A stretch of 64,000 bases of DNA from Callorhinchus milii (GCF_018977255.1 NW_024704743.1:87422001-87486000), one strand, 5' to 3'. Numbered from the stretch's first letter, positions 38,536 to 52,052 are shown. Program-made: numbers and translations. The notes: a model not told the origin generated them from the sequence alone.

Positions 38536-39235
38536 ACTTGGCGTCTTGTTTGACCCTCAACTATCCTTTCTACGCCACATCCGTACGTACCATGACCAGC
38601 TCTGCCTTCCCCCACCTTCGCAACATTGTCCGGCTCCGCCACTGATTCACAGCGCAGGCCACCGAAACCCTGATACACGTATTCATAACATCGAGGATTG
38701 ACTATGCAAACTCCCTGCTTGTCGGCCTCCCCAACTTCGCACTCCATAGGCTACAGATCATCCAGAGCTCTGCAGCCCGTGTCTTCTCCCACACCAGGCT
38801 CTGTAACCCTATCACCCTCATCCTCGCCCGACTCCACTGGCTTCCCATCACACAAAGGATACAGTTCAAGATCCTGGTCCTCACCTTCAAAGCCCTCCAT
38901 GGTCTTGCTACCCCTACCTCTGTGACCTCCTAACCCCCTATCAGCCTGCCCGTTCACTCTGGCCTGCTTTGCGTCCTGTTCCTCGCCTGTGGTGGGCGAA
39001 CCTTCAGCCACTCTGCCTCCAGCCTCTGGGACTCCATCCGGCAGTCCCTCCCCCTCTCTTGCCTCCTTCAAGACCCATCTCAAGACCCTCTTCGACTGTG
39101 CATTTGATCGCCCTCCTTCCCCCACTGCCCTCCATCTTCCCCGATCCAGCTTGGGTCTGAAACACTGATGTCCAGCACCTTGGGACGTCCTCCTGACGTG
39201 AAAAGCGATATACAAATTAAATTTTGTTCTTGTTA
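38536..39235 (+). mobile_element. L2 3' fragment
   Basis: LGVLFDPQLSF through the tail gggacgtcctcctgacgtgaaaagcgatatac. Confidence 0.88.
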
Positions 39236-39534
39236 CTGTGCAGTAGCAAAATACCATTATAAGCTCATATTGACCAGTTCATTGGACTTGTGAACAAAAC
39301 CAATTAAAGCCCACATATAATTTAAAATTGAAGATTTTTATAATCAGATAACTTGAGGGTTTTTAATGATCTTAAAGAAAAAGTTACCCCATTCCTCACC
39401 CAACTAAATAACTGCCCACGTGCATTCTGATTTTCCATTAATTTTTTTAAGTTCTTATTTTCTGTCTTTCCTCATCGCCTGTCTTCCTTCCTAAAATTTC
39501 AGTGGAATTGCTTTCTTCCTATCTCTGCATTCAG

Positions 39535-39615
39535 GTAGTATCTGTGACTGAGTACCATCGCAGGATCGATGCTCTTAATGCTGAAGAACTGCGCAAGCTT
39601 TGCAGACGTCTTAAG
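39535..39615 (+). CDS. OXR1: OXR1 81-nt symmetric (cassette-type) exon
   Basis: tgcattcag|GTA ... AAG|gtgccc. Translates VVSVTEYHRRIDALNAEELRKLCRRLK, matching OXR1 VVSVAEYHRRIDALNTEELRTLCRRLQ. Confidence 0.93.
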
Positions 39616-40678
39616 GTGCCCCATCTGTAGTTAAAACCATTATCCATTTGCCCCCCCAAAACTGGAGCAGATGTGATTGTGTGCATCCCAGTTTTTGTCA
39701 GTATCAAACGCACCAAAGTGGATTTGCCTCAGCAGCAGCGTTTTACCAAAACATAGCAAAAAAATTCCTTAATTTGGTTGCAGTGGTGTGTGTTGGTTGG
39801 TAAATAAATCACATTGCATGTTTGGGAGTTAATCCTAGAAGAGAAAAATAATTAGGAATTTTCTGCCCTCCATATCACTGTAGGTACCTTTCAAACTATG
39901 CCCTCATCGTTGCATCTGTCTAACCACTGTGGCCATAAGTAATTTCCCCATAATTTGCTTTATTGCAGAATTTGGAGAGTATTGTTTGCTGTGGAGGAAA
40001 ATCTTTGCTGACGAGAATGCAGTCGCTGAATTAATTGTCTTTGTGTTAATGTCAGTCTTGATGCACTATTTTTGCAGTAAATTATCTGCAGTTCTATCAC
40101 CTGCATTCTTCTCAGCTATCATCATAGATTCTTGCAGCCGTACTACATTGTTGAATTATCGTGCATCCTAATTTTCCAGTGGTAGCATGAGCCTGCAGTG
40201 TATGATGGTAGTGATCTTTATTAAAATCACAGTGCAGAATTCCAGCCAGATGAGAGGAAACCAAATCCAGGAAAGAGAGGGGGAAAATAACCCTTTCATA
40301 CAAGTGACTACACAACTTGTCAAATTTACTTTGCAGTGAGCTGCGGTTAAGTTTTTGTTTTGGTGGGAATTCTGACTGGTTTTAAGAATTCTTGGCCTGT
40401 AGCTGCACTTCCTTTGTACAGTTATAAAAATGTTTGCCAGAAGCTTATTGAATTTGCAGTTATTGATGATGATAACCCTCCCAAGTTTTTTAAAAACATG
40501 ATACATATTTGAAATGAGCAAAACCCTGAAACACCGGAACCAGCAGGTTAGTAATGGTTTGAAATTTTATGTAAACGTTACATAGAAGATCATACACAAG
40601 CAGCTTTCTCGTCAAGATGAGAGCTGCATATAACCATGATAAAGGCTTCTAGCTGTTTCATGATGTCTCTGTTTTTAG

Positions 40679-40804
40679 ATAACGACACGAGAAGATACCA
40701 ATGTAAGGCAAAGTACTCCAGTGAAGTCCGAATTGGATCCTGAAACATTTCGTCCAAGTCTGAGTGAAAAGAGTGACCTGCTACAGCCTGATCAGATTGA
40801 GAAG
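40679..40804 (+). CDS. OXR1: OXR1 coding exon (126 nt)
   Basis: tttttag|ATA ... AAG|gtacag. Translates ITTREDTNVRQSTPVKSELDPETFRPSLSEKSDLLQPDQIEK. Confidence 0.95.
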
Positions 40805-41287
40805 GTACAGTAGAAAAATGCCACAAACCAGTATTAAAAAATATTCTAATTCATAATGTGGTATAATTTTAAAACCTGGAGTAGATTTTTCCTCACTTTG
40901 CTCAGTCAATTATTGCTAGTTTCATTGGAGTTGGGTTCTCTTTACTGTGGCAAACAGCATAAATTGCCGGTAGGCAATTATCTGTCTTTTGTCATTTCTA
41001 CCTTCTGCCCAAAAACTATTGTATCTCTTTCATGATCTGGTGGTTACAGAAGCGCAAGTCTGCTGGGGCTTTTTGCTAAAGCATCTGACAATATCTGTCA
41101 TTCCCAATGTACCATCTGTACCTCCGCTATGAAAGGCCAACACTCCTGGGATTAGAAAAACTTCCACGTGAATTTAATAGATTTTAGCCTTCTCTGCACA
41201 AATAGCTTGTATAGTGTGTGGACAAAACTAATGAAAAGATTGAGTATTCATCACAGATTTGTTTTCCTGAATAACATTGTATTGTAT

Positions 41288-41705
41288 AGCAACTTGCAAT
41301 TATATAGCACCCTTCACGTGGGGTAGTGTCTTGGAAAATACTTAACCGTGGCAGAGCTTGTCGTCAAGTTTGGAGAGGGGAGGTCACTGCAGATATCGAG
41401 AAAAGCAAAAATCTTCGGGTACGATCTGAAGATGGGCAAGGAGGGGGCAAGGCAGAGGGATTGAGACAAATAGTTCCATAGTTTCAAGGTGTAGTGTCTG
41501 AAGGTACAGCTGACATTGATGGAGGGGACGAAAGATATGTAGGATGGCAAGAGCAGCTGAGCGAAGGGGTGGACAGAGGACTGGGGTGTAAGCAGGTCAG
41601 AGTTGTAGGGAGGTGCCAGGGAATAAAAGTGAAAGTGGGTTTGAAGATCTTGAAATGAATCTATTCTACAATAGGGAGCCTGGAACCTGGCAAGAACTGG
41701 GATGA
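41288..41705 (-). mobile_element. Degraded L2 3' fragment
   Basis: KLWNYLSQSLCLAPSLPIFRS segment, similar to the 58362 copy. Confidence 0.7.
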
Positions 41706-42621
41706 TTGGCTTACACGTGAAACTAGAATTGTGTTCCTTTCCTTGTGAACTGAGGAACTCTGGTGTTGGAATAAGACGTTGCTGCTTGGTTATAATTGTT
41801 CCTCTTTTCTCTGCACAGAACTTTGATTATGTTTTATATGGTGCTAATAGCTTTTATCATATTGAATGTGTGATGTTAAATATAACTCAGTTAGTAAATG
41901 CTGTATTGAAGTGTTGTATAATTTACTTTTCAAATAACAATCACCTTTTTTTCATATTTGACAAAGATTGCTGGTTGAAATTGATATAGTGAATTGAATT
42001 CATAAAATGTACTATGTACTTTAGTTTACAAACCTTTTGTTTAGCAGTCCTGTTGGAATGAATTGGCTTGTGACCAATCACTTTGTAATTTGTTACAACA
42101 GTGGCTTAATGACTCATTGGGACATGCATCACTTATTATTGCTTAACAGCAAGTCTTTTACAGCAGTGCTGAATTAGTAAAATAGTTCTTTCACAAATCA
42201 TTATAGTGACTGTTGTTTAAATGGCAGGTTTCAGACAGAGCCATTGCTTTCTTTAATATTAATAATAATAGTAATCCTTGCATTTGATATAGCACTTTAT
42301 CGTGTCTTTGAGATGTCTCAAAGCGCTTCACGGAATATACTGTAAAGTAAATTGACTAATTTTTTGTGGGCGAAATGCCCCAAATTTAGGAATTTACAGT
42401 TTCTGAAAGAGTTTGCCTACAAACTGTAGTGCCATATTAAATGCAACAATTATTAATTTGGGTGAGAGGGTAAATTCTGCACTCCATTCCAAACGTATTT
42501 TGGGGGTGACTTCTACCTAAACAAATACATTTGAATTTTTATAAAACTTCTTGCCTTCACATAACATCCTTTTACGATACATTGGATTACTTAAGCCTTT
42601 GACTTTGTTTATAAATTTCAG

Positions 42622-42774
42622 CTCGCAAAAAATCTTCCTCCAAGAACTGTTGGGTATCCATGGACTCTCAGCTACAGTACAGGAAAACATGGGATGAGTC
42701 TGAAGACACTGTATCGTACCATGACAGACTTTGATACACCAATGCTGCTTGTAATCAAAGACAGCGATGGCCAG
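42622..42774 (+). CDS. OXR1: OXR1 TLDc exon (153 nt)
   Basis: tttcag|CTC ... CAG|gtattg. Translates LAKNLPPRTVGYPWTLSYSTGKHGMSLKTLYRTMTDFDTPMLLVIKDSDGQ. Confidence 0.97.
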
Positions 42775-43341
42775 GTATTGCAAAGAAATGTGTTAATCGG
42801 GTGTTTCATTATTTATAAATACTATACACAGGTTTGACTGATTAACATTCCAAATGCTAAATATTGTGTTGTAGAATTCCATAGATATACTTTTTCATTA
42901 CTTCTTGAAATACATATATTTAAATGCCGCTGCTAACCTCTTTGAGGGAAATACACAATTATGTGCCATGTCATTTTGAGTACATTCATTTAATTACGCA
43001 TAGGCACCCAATATCCTGTAATGACTTCATACCTGGTGCTCTGCCACTATTCCCTTCGCTCTCCATGTGCCTCATTCCTCCTATTCCGCTCTCTTCCTGT
43101 CACTCTTCGCTTCCTTGTGTACTACCTTGTACCTCCGTTGTGTACAGGCTAGGGATGAAATATTGGACATTCCAGGCAACTTTGTTTTACTACATTCAAG
43201 CCTATTGATTAGAAAACAATAAAAGTATTAAAGGGTCACAATTGTAACTTAACTTTTGAACAATCAACTTATTGGAGTTTGAAGGAATGTATTCTGCTGA
43301 ACATTTTAACTGGTGCCTTTTTTCCTCTTTTATACCTGCAG

Positions 43342-43437
43342 GTTTTTGGTGCACTAGCATCTGAACCATTTAAAGTTAGTGACTGTTTTTATGGCAATGG
43401 AGAAACATTCCTCTTCACATTTTGCCCTGAATTTAAG
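43342..43437 (+). CDS. OXR1: OXR1 TLDc exon (96 nt)
   Basis: cctgcag|GTT ... AAG|gtaaga. Translates VFGALASEPFKVSDCFYGNGETFLFTFCPEFK. Confidence 0.97.
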
Positions 43438-45552
43438 GTAAGAACTGGGAAATTATTTCAAGTCCCAATCTGAGTTCAGATGAGTTTAAAAATTTTGTAA
43501 GCTTTAATTACGACTGTTTTTTGATTAGGTTACATTTCTCTAATAGCTCCCATATATCAATTTTTTTTTTAATCTCCACTTCTTAATTTTGTGGTAGTTA
43601 TCAGAGGGTAGGATGGTCTGTGCAAAAGGGTTCTGTTGTCCTTGTATGGAGATCAGACCATTCTTGATTTTCCCACCCAAAGTTTGGTAAAACATGTGTT
43701 TTGAGACTACTCCTGATGTGAGTAATGTAATTAATACATTGCATTAATGTAAGTTGTTGTAAATTGTGGTCCATCCTGCTAAAGTACTGTGAATATCTTT
43801 AAATCAAAATGTTTGTTCTTCTTATCCTGGAGGTCTGATGTTTGCATTGTAGGTAACTTTCCTGTTATTAAAAGCATTTAGTTTTGGAATCTTAACTGAT
43901 TTCCCTCGCCATCCTTTCTAACGACATCATTTTAGAATCAAATGGATCCGTTTTCTAGCATGGCATAGTGGACTTAAACTTTCCACTTGTAACATTAAAG
44001 TCTTCTTCTCCAAACTACTTTTAATATAATACTCTTCTTCAAACTACTTTTAATATAATTTTCTTTCATAGATTGGGTTGCAAAATCATTTGTATTTGGT
44101 TTTGATTAAATAATTGTATTAAGTTCCTTTTTGCTTGATGAAGACACATTTATATTTTTAGCACTGGTGTGTTAAGTCTCGTCAGTGATAATTGATAGTA
44201 TGCAAATTTCTGTTAAGTAAACTGAAGCTAACTTATTTCACTTACCCCACACATTTGTGAAGGTCAGCGTGGTGTATTTTTTTTAACCTGGGCAAATGTA
44301 GGTATTTTTAAACAGATTATCAATTTACCAGGAAACCACACTTTTAAAATATGAAAAAGAGAATCCAAATGCTGGACTTGGAGATGCATGTAACCTTTGA
44401 ATAAGGATTGAACAAGCGGCTTTGCAATGGAAATGTTAAGTAAAGGGAATTATTTGAACCTTACTGCCAATTGTACAGTGATTTCACACCAAGAGTGGAA
44501 TTGGTGGTCTGTCTTGGAAGTCATGCTCTTGGAAGCGAGTGACATGAGTAGTCCTTGCATTTCAACATGTTTTGCCTAAAAAACAGTAACTACGGTTGAT
44601 AATTACTGTTGCGTTTGATGCTATATCAAATCCAAGGATTATTTATTATTGTGCTCGTAATGTGTGTATTACTTTTAAACTGCTCTAAATAAAACCCAGT
44701 GCACCTGCTCCGTACAGCAAATATAGTTTGTTTCTATATTGGTCTATTGATTCCTGCTACATCTCAGTGTCACTTAGCAGTTCCAGCATCTTAATTTCAG
44801 GAGGTTTAGCTGATACAGTTAATGAACTGCAGTACAGTATGTTTAGGCTTGGGCAGTGTGTGTCATTAACTCAATTCCTACAGATTTGAAGAGCCACAGC
44901 TACCAACAATGCAATCTTTGTCTTCTAATAAAACTACTTAGCTCTTTAGAATCGGCTCCATAGCTAAATTAATTTATTTTAACATGATCGTTGTCAATAA
45001 GGAAACAGTGAGGATAATTTTTCACCACCAAGATACAAATTGGCCACAGTGTTCACCAAAAAGCTTATTCAATCAGGACTAATAGTCATTTTAATACCAA
45101 ACAGTGTTCTCCTTTTCTCTCTGACTCTTTCTTGGAGTGTTTCTAACTTGTATCTATCTCCCAGACTGTCCTTTTCTTTCTCTGTCACTCTCTGTCTCTA
45201 ACCCCACACTGTTAAATAAATATTTAATTTTGCGCTTCCAGTTTAATCACGGTGAATAAGTAAATTGCAGGTCAGACAGTGCTTGTGCTCTTAATTGTGA
45301 ACCAGAGACCCCCTGCTGGAAATGAATGTATTGCAATTGAGATGTGACTGGGATTGGCCGTGATGCCCCCTGTAGTTGAATATCCTGCCAATGCTTATTA
45401 AGAATTGTGACTTGGATGAAGTAGCAGGGTATCCATGGAACTGTACCTCCAAAAAGGGAGAAAAAGGTTTACAGGAGAGGGAAAATAATGCTATATTCAT
45501 GTTCCAGTTAGATGCATGTTTTACAAAATAGTGCCAAAATTAATTTTTTCAG

Positions 45553-45626
45553 GTCTTCAAATGGACAGGAGATAATATGTTCTTCATAAAAGGAGACATG
45601 GATTCCTTGGCTTTTGGTGGTGGAGG
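45553..45626 (+). CDS. OXR1: OXR1 TLDc exon (74 nt, phase 0 to 2)
   Basis: ttttcag|GTC ... GG|gtaagt. Translates VFKWTGDNMFFIKGDMDSLAFGGG(G). Confidence 0.97.
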
Positions 45627-45684
45627 GTAAGTAATCCTAGCTTAAGCAGGTCTTTTGTAGGCTTGTGTTATCCTGTCCTGCGTA

Positions 45685-45979
45685 GAGTCCTGTAGCACAG
45701 TGGTTAAAGCATTCGCAAGCGAGAAACCTGGGTTCAATTCCCAGCAGGGCAAAACCTTGGGCAAGTTTCTTTACTTCACATGCCTGATAATAATCCCTCA
45801 AGAAAAAAAAATTGGTCACTTCAATCTGTGACTGTTTGTTGGACACTGCGTAATTGGCTGCTGCATTTCGCCCATAAATATATGGTCAATTCACTTTCCA
45901 GTATATTCTGTGAAGCGCTTTGAAATGTCTCGAAGATGTGATAAGGCGCACTATATCAAATGCAAGGATTATTATTATT
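45685..45979 (+). mobile_element. SINE, short subfamily
   Basis: Head gagtcctgtagcacagtgg; tail caaatgcaaggattattatt. Confidence 0.88.
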
Positions 45980-46862
45980 GTCCTCGGTATACAGTTTTTT
46001 AGCTATTGTATTAAGGAAAATGTAGTTATGCTATAATTTTTTAAAAAAACAAGCAAAATATTAGAAAGACTTAGCAATAACTTTTTCTGTCTCTTAAATA
46101 TTTTGTTTTAAATGGTGAGCCCCAATTATGTCATTGTGAGCAAAGGATCCATAAACCTTATAATTTCTGGATTTGCAAGCNTTTTTTAATTAAACAAACC
46201 CCAATGGTGAAATTATTTAAAAACTTTACATACTGTTATAGTTCTTTTCTTACTGTTATAGGTTTATCTACTTGCACAGTAACAGAGATCTGCTACAGTA
46301 ATATCAATCATCCTATTGTTGAACCCTCAATTGTCTTTAAAAAGTCCTCCAGCAGCCTTACAGTGGGTAGTCAATAGCAAAAAGCACTCAAAAAAAAATT
46401 TCTGTGGAGTCCCATGCATGTCACACAGAATTGCAAGATCTCAGTTCCTTTGAGATTTCTTGTCTGAGCCAACATCTTGTGAATCTACATGATTACTGGA
46501 AGAAAAATGCTATTTACTTGGGAATGAAGAAAACACTGTTTGTCAGGAGGCATTTTTGCTAGCAATGGCACAGTAATAATGTAAATGGAGCACCTTTTAG
46601 TACCTATTGTCGCCTGAAAAATACCCTTTGCGAAACATTTGTGTGAAACCTATCCAATATAAGGATCATTTTGTGAAGCATATCAATTGTAAGGATTATT
46701 TTTGTGATCCGTTTTGCAAAGGTGATTTGAAAGAATTATATATTGTGATGAACTAATCTGCTTATTTTTTTTAAAATTGCTTAATTTGATTTACTAGGTT
46801 TAATAGTTTCATGTCATCTTGTTTTTCTCTCCCAGCTAATTGTTTTTTTTTAATCTTTCCAG

Positions 46863-46998
46863 AGGGGAATTTGGATTGTGGTTAGATGGGGATCTCTACC
46901 ATGGACGCAGTCACTCATGTAAAACATTTGACAATCACATCCTTTCAAAAAAGGAAGATTTTTATGTACAGGACATTGAAATATGGGCTTTTGAGTGA
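46863..46998 (+). CDS. OXR1: OXR1 last coding exon with stop codon
   Basis: tttccag|A GGG. Translates GEFGLWLDGDLYHGRSHSCKTFDNHILSKKEDFYVQDIEIWAFE, TGA at 46996-46998; typical OXR1 C-terminus. Confidence 0.97.
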
Positions 46999-48755
46999 AA
47001 AATGCTTCACATAAGCACTGAAGAAATTCAACGTCTCTCAGATGTAGGGCCCCAAACCTGACCATGCATCAGAGCAGCAAAGACAAATCTAAGCAAATAA
47101 GGCTAATGCTTTCTTTGGTGCCCTTCCAGTAGAAAAATCAAACTAATTCAAAAAACAAAAGATTGCTATTACAAAATAGTTAATATTCGGCTGTGTTTAG
47201 TTTGCTCTACAAATGTAATTTGTTGTTGTTGAATGGGTCTTGTCATTGTAACCAAAATCAAGTATTATCACCACCAAAACAAATGTGCATATATTTTGAG
47301 CTTGAGATATAAACACCAACCTCCAGACCTGAACAGTCAATGTAAAGCTAATTTATAACAAACCTTGGAACACCAAACTGTAAGATCTTGAAGTCTGTAA
47401 GTAGCATATACTAGTTGCAATTGCACTAACGTGCTGGGGTACTCACATTGAAGAGAATTTAAACCTAATGTAGTTCAGCTCTCTGGAAGAAAATATCTTT
47501 GTAATGCTGTTCCTGATGTTGCTGCTGCAGGTTTGGGACGAGTACTCTCAGCTTTTGGGTTTGATGACTGAAAACAGCTGGGATCACTCCACATCTGCAG
47601 GCTATCTGTAAGGAGTTCAAAGCATAGGTATTCCCTATGTTTTGTTATTGGAATACCAACAAAAGAAATAGAAATATTACAACAGAGCTTTGTGTTGCTG
47701 TATGTATTGCTGGATAGATGTCTCAACAGAATATTGCAGGTTATTTTTAAAAATAATAGCAATGTAGCTTCCCACAAAAAGTGAAGCGTATAACGTATTT
47801 ATTGGTTCTATTTATCCTACTGTTAAGCTTCATAGCACACTAAACCAAGCACATACTGAATTACCCATAGTTGTGCTGTCTGTCAATGGGTGTACATTGT
47901 GCGTGCAGCTCAGACCAGCTCTACAGAAGAGTAGCATAGATACTGTAGATGGTAGGATCATTTCGTAGACGTGTGGAAAATGCAGATTACTGTCATGTGA
48001 CCTCTGAAACAATTGACAGGCAAAATATACCAAGTGTTCCTGTCTCCTTAGGAAATGGGTGAAACCCATTGTGACAACCCTTAGATCAAATGAACTATTT
48101 CAGAATGCAATGGTTTTCTCTGTATTTAGTCATGTCTGAAACTGATTAATGTACGTTTTACNAAAAATATTCCTGTTCTGGGTGTGACAGTGACTTTCTT
48201 CGTGCTGAAAATCCAGCTGTTCCAGATGCATTGTATATTATCCTGTAAATTAAAGTTTAAAATGTAGTAGTTCTTCAGGTTTAAAAAAGTGGATTGATGG
48301 GTTGCTTATAGCACTTTGAATTATGATAGAAATGAACACAAAGGCCAGTACATTTGTTGGGTTTAGTTGCAAGCAGTTTCTGTACAGTACATTTTGGGTT
48401 TATTTGAGGTTTTGGATTGTTGGGAGGGAGCTTGCTGCAATTCAAAAGGCATATTAATGTTCTTTATTACTATGTTTATGCTAAATGTGAAAAATACAGA
48501 ACACCAATTCTCTCCTTATTTTTTGCCTAATGTTCTGTAACCTTGTTAGGATGTAGCCTGAATGTTTACAGACTTGAAACGTGAATTGTAAATAAATACA
48601 GCAGCTTTTCTTCTCCCTTGGTCTTCCACAGCAGTATTATTGTCTTTGTGGAGTTACAGCTACCTATACAAATATTTAAAATAATCCTATAATGGATTAA
48701 TAATATTGCAATGTAATGGTGATGTATAGTAGAATAAATTATTGAAACCTCATAC
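46999..48755 (+). other. OXR1: Probable OXR1 3' UTR with poly(A) signals
   Basis: AT-rich stretch with no recognisable repeats after the stop; AATAAA at 48591-48596 and 48733-48738; transposon fragments resume at about 48795. Confidence 0.7.
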
Positions 48756-48877
48756 CTTGTTTTGAATTAATTTGGCTTCAAAACAGCAGATACATCAACA
48801 ACAAGATTCCATTTATAGAGCGCCTTTCACGTTGGGAGGATACATAATCCTTCTGTACGTACTCATTGTTTCAGCAA

Positions 48878-49226
48878 GGGCCTGTAACTTAGTGGTTAGA
48901 CCACTTGCCTCGCAAGTGAGAGGACCTGGGTTTGATTCCTGGGCAGGGCAAAACGTTAGGCAGGTTTCCTCACTCCACACACCTCTGTTTACCTAGCAGT
49001 AAGTAGGAACCTGGTTAGTCGATTGGCGGATTGCTTTTCTGGGGGGTAATAATTCTTTCAAAAAAAAATTGGTCACTCATTCCACGACTGTTTGTAGGAC
49101 ACTGCTGTGCTGTGGCTGCTGATTTTTGCCCAGAAAATATACAGTCATTTCACTTTATATTCTGTGGAGTGCTTTGAGACGTCTCGAAGACATAAGGCAC
49201 TATATCAAGTGCAAGGGTTATTATTA
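48878..49226 (+). mobile_element. SINE, long subfamily
   Basis: Same structure as the 6743 copy. Confidence 0.85.
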
Positions 49227-51097
49227 GGGCAGGGTTTCTGTCTTGAATAATGAGTAATTTCCAATTGCTTTCCGAAGATGTCAGTACTAACTTTCATGAT
49301 TGGATAGAATATCATAGAAGGACAGTTTGCTCTAAACATTTTGTGCGCAATACACATTTAGTGTATTTTAGATTTTAAATCTTATCACACTTCAACAAAG
49401 CTGTCTGCTAGGGCCCATCCAGGGTGTATGCAAATGTTACTGATGGCTGAATATTTTGAAGATTAATGTTTTACGCATTCAGAAATCCTGTACTCTAGCC
49501 TCTGTCCTGAGGTCAGATTAAAAAAGCACAGATTACACAACCACAGACCATTAACCATGTGCATTTACTTACCATGTGCTTTTAAAAAAATTTAAAACAA
49601 TACAACAATACATAAAACATTAATAGTGTTCAAATGATCTTTGTGTCAATTGGGCAATGCTATATCACTATAAAAAGTAAAATAAACTGAAGGAAAACTC
49701 CACAACCAGCTAATTGTTTTTCTATTTAGTTCAAATTTTGTGATCTTGCCTGTGAATGTCGTGATATTTTGAGACCTATGTATATTCTGTAATTTAGTCT
49801 TAATTAAAAGCACAATCACTATTCAACTTTGACTGCTGATTTCTTTTGGGGATTCGCCAGATTGCATCTTATTACCATATTTAATGTATCAGACTCCTAA
49901 TTATTGGCCAGTAGGTTATGGGCTGCATAAAACAAAAATCCATTACTGTTGCATATTCTTGTTGCTAATATTGTCAAAGTGAAAACTTTGAATATCCTGT
50001 CCCATATCATTTCCCAAATGCCAGTGCAAAGCTTCTGGATCAAAGTAGACATTTGGTGCCAAGGTGTGTGATGAGATCTAAAATCCACTAAATAACTGTA
50101 TTTATAAAATGTAATAAGTATTTAATTTTCTTAAAGAAATTGTAATGCATGACTCTTTATTGAAGAGTGTGAATCAATTTTTCTATTGAATCTTAATTTC
50201 CTGCAGTTTCAGAATACTGATGTCGGTTGGATGTTGGAAGATAACGCTTTTACTTTTTATGGCTGTTCACATTGATATTTTTAGAAAAATGTGATTTGTT
50301 ATGATGTAAAATCCTAGCTGGAATTGTAACCCATTTTTCACTCTGATGCTGGTTCGACCTGTTGTAGATTTGCATTATTTCTTTTATACTCAGAATTACC
50401 AAACCAAGTGCTTTGGGATGTCCTCCCAACGTGAAAGGTGCTGCATATTGTAAGTGTAAATGTATGCAAGGATTATTATAAAATTTGTATTGTACTTCCA
50501 AGTAGACTTCAATTCAGACCAATAGAGGGCACATCATATCTATAATACGTTAGATTTTCACCTCACCATTTCTGGGACATGCTGAGTATTACTTTAGATG
50601 AGAAATATTTGAAGTCCATAATTCTTGTTACCTCTGAGTAAAATCTTAAGATGGGCCTGAAGAGCAACAGAATCAAAGATTCAAGGTATGGTTAACGCTG
50701 ATGTAAAGGTGTGGAAATAGGAGCAACGTGTGTGAGAAAAGACCTTTAAACTCATTGGGTCTAGTTGTCAAGTGATATTTCCCTAACTGCCATGATCACC
50801 AATCACCTCCTCTTGTTAACAACATCCATTCCCATCTTGAAACTGTTCCTACAAAATACCTCCCTGGGACAACCAAGTTCATAGGGTATATTCTGTAAGC
50901 AGTGGCATGCCTGAGGTCTGTAAGAATCTATCTAGGGATTGCAGCACAAATCTGAGGTCCACTATTCCATTCTGCAGCATGTTTATTCTGAACCACAGAA
51001 TATTAGTAAGATTGTACAAATTTGCATCCAGTTTTGATTTCATTTTGTGAATGTTTCTTGGAAACAAAATGTCATGTATATGATGCAATTGTATACA

Positions 51098-52052
51098 TCG
51101 AGATGACATCCAACTCTATCTTTCTGCCTCCACCCTCAACTCCAGGATCACTGCTGTCCTGACAGACTGCCTGTCAGACATCAAGTCCTGGATGAGGGCA
51201 AATTTCCCACAGTTGAATGTGAACAAGACTGAGGCCCTCCTGATTGGCTCACGCCAGCGCCTCAGCACCTCAGGCTCTGGCAGCATCAACCTCCATGGTT
51301 GCACACTTCAACTCACCGCCAGTCAGGAACCTAAATGTCTTGTTCGACCCTCAACTGTCTTTTCTCCCCCACATTCAAGCCATGACCCACTCTACCTTCC
51401 CTCACCTCCGTAACATCGCCCGACTCTGCCACTACCTCACCCCTCAGGCCGCTGAAACTCTGGTTCATGCCTTCATCACCTCCAGGCTCGACTATGCAAA
51501 CTCCCTGCTTGTCAGCCTTCCCAACTCCTCCCTCCACAGGCTGCAGATAATCCAGAACTGCAGCCCATGTCCTCTCCCGCACCAAACTCTGTGACCCCCA
51601 TCTCCCCAACTCTTGCCTGACTCCATTGGCTCCCTATCCTTCAGAGGATCCAGTTCAAGATCCTGGTCCTCACATACAAAGCCCTCCATGGCCTCGCCCC
51701 ACCCTATATCTGTGACTTCCTAACCCCCTACCAACCCACCCGTTCCCTCCGCTCAGCCGGCTCTGGCCTGCTCCACGTTCATCAACCCACCCGCCTCACC
51801 ATTTGGCGGGAGAGCCTTCAGCCACTCTGCCCCCAACCTCTGGAATTACAGCCCCCAGTCACTCCGCCTCACCCCCTCCTTAGCCTCCTTCAAGTCCCGC
51901 CTCAAGACCCTCCTCTTCGACCATGCCATCGGCCACCCCCCTTCCCTTCCCCTCCCGACCCCAGCTCAGGTCTGAAATGCTGTATTCTGTCCAACGCCTT
52001 GGGACATCCTCCCGACATGGAAGGCCGCTATACAAATGTAATCTTGTTGTTA
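51098..52052 (+). mobile_element. 5'-truncated L2 LINE
   Basis: WMRANFPQLNVNKTEALLIG, FITSRLDYANSLL, LHWLP motifs; full 3' tail ending ttgttgtt. Confidence 0.92.

Noticed and set aside
42622..46998. Assignment to NCOA7 or TLDC2 instead of OXR1
   Set aside because: Diagnostic residues (LPPRTVGYPW, FKWTGDNMFFIKGDMDSLAFGGG, DGDLYHGRSHSCKTF, IEIWAFE) and the ABRA neighbour indicate OXR1.
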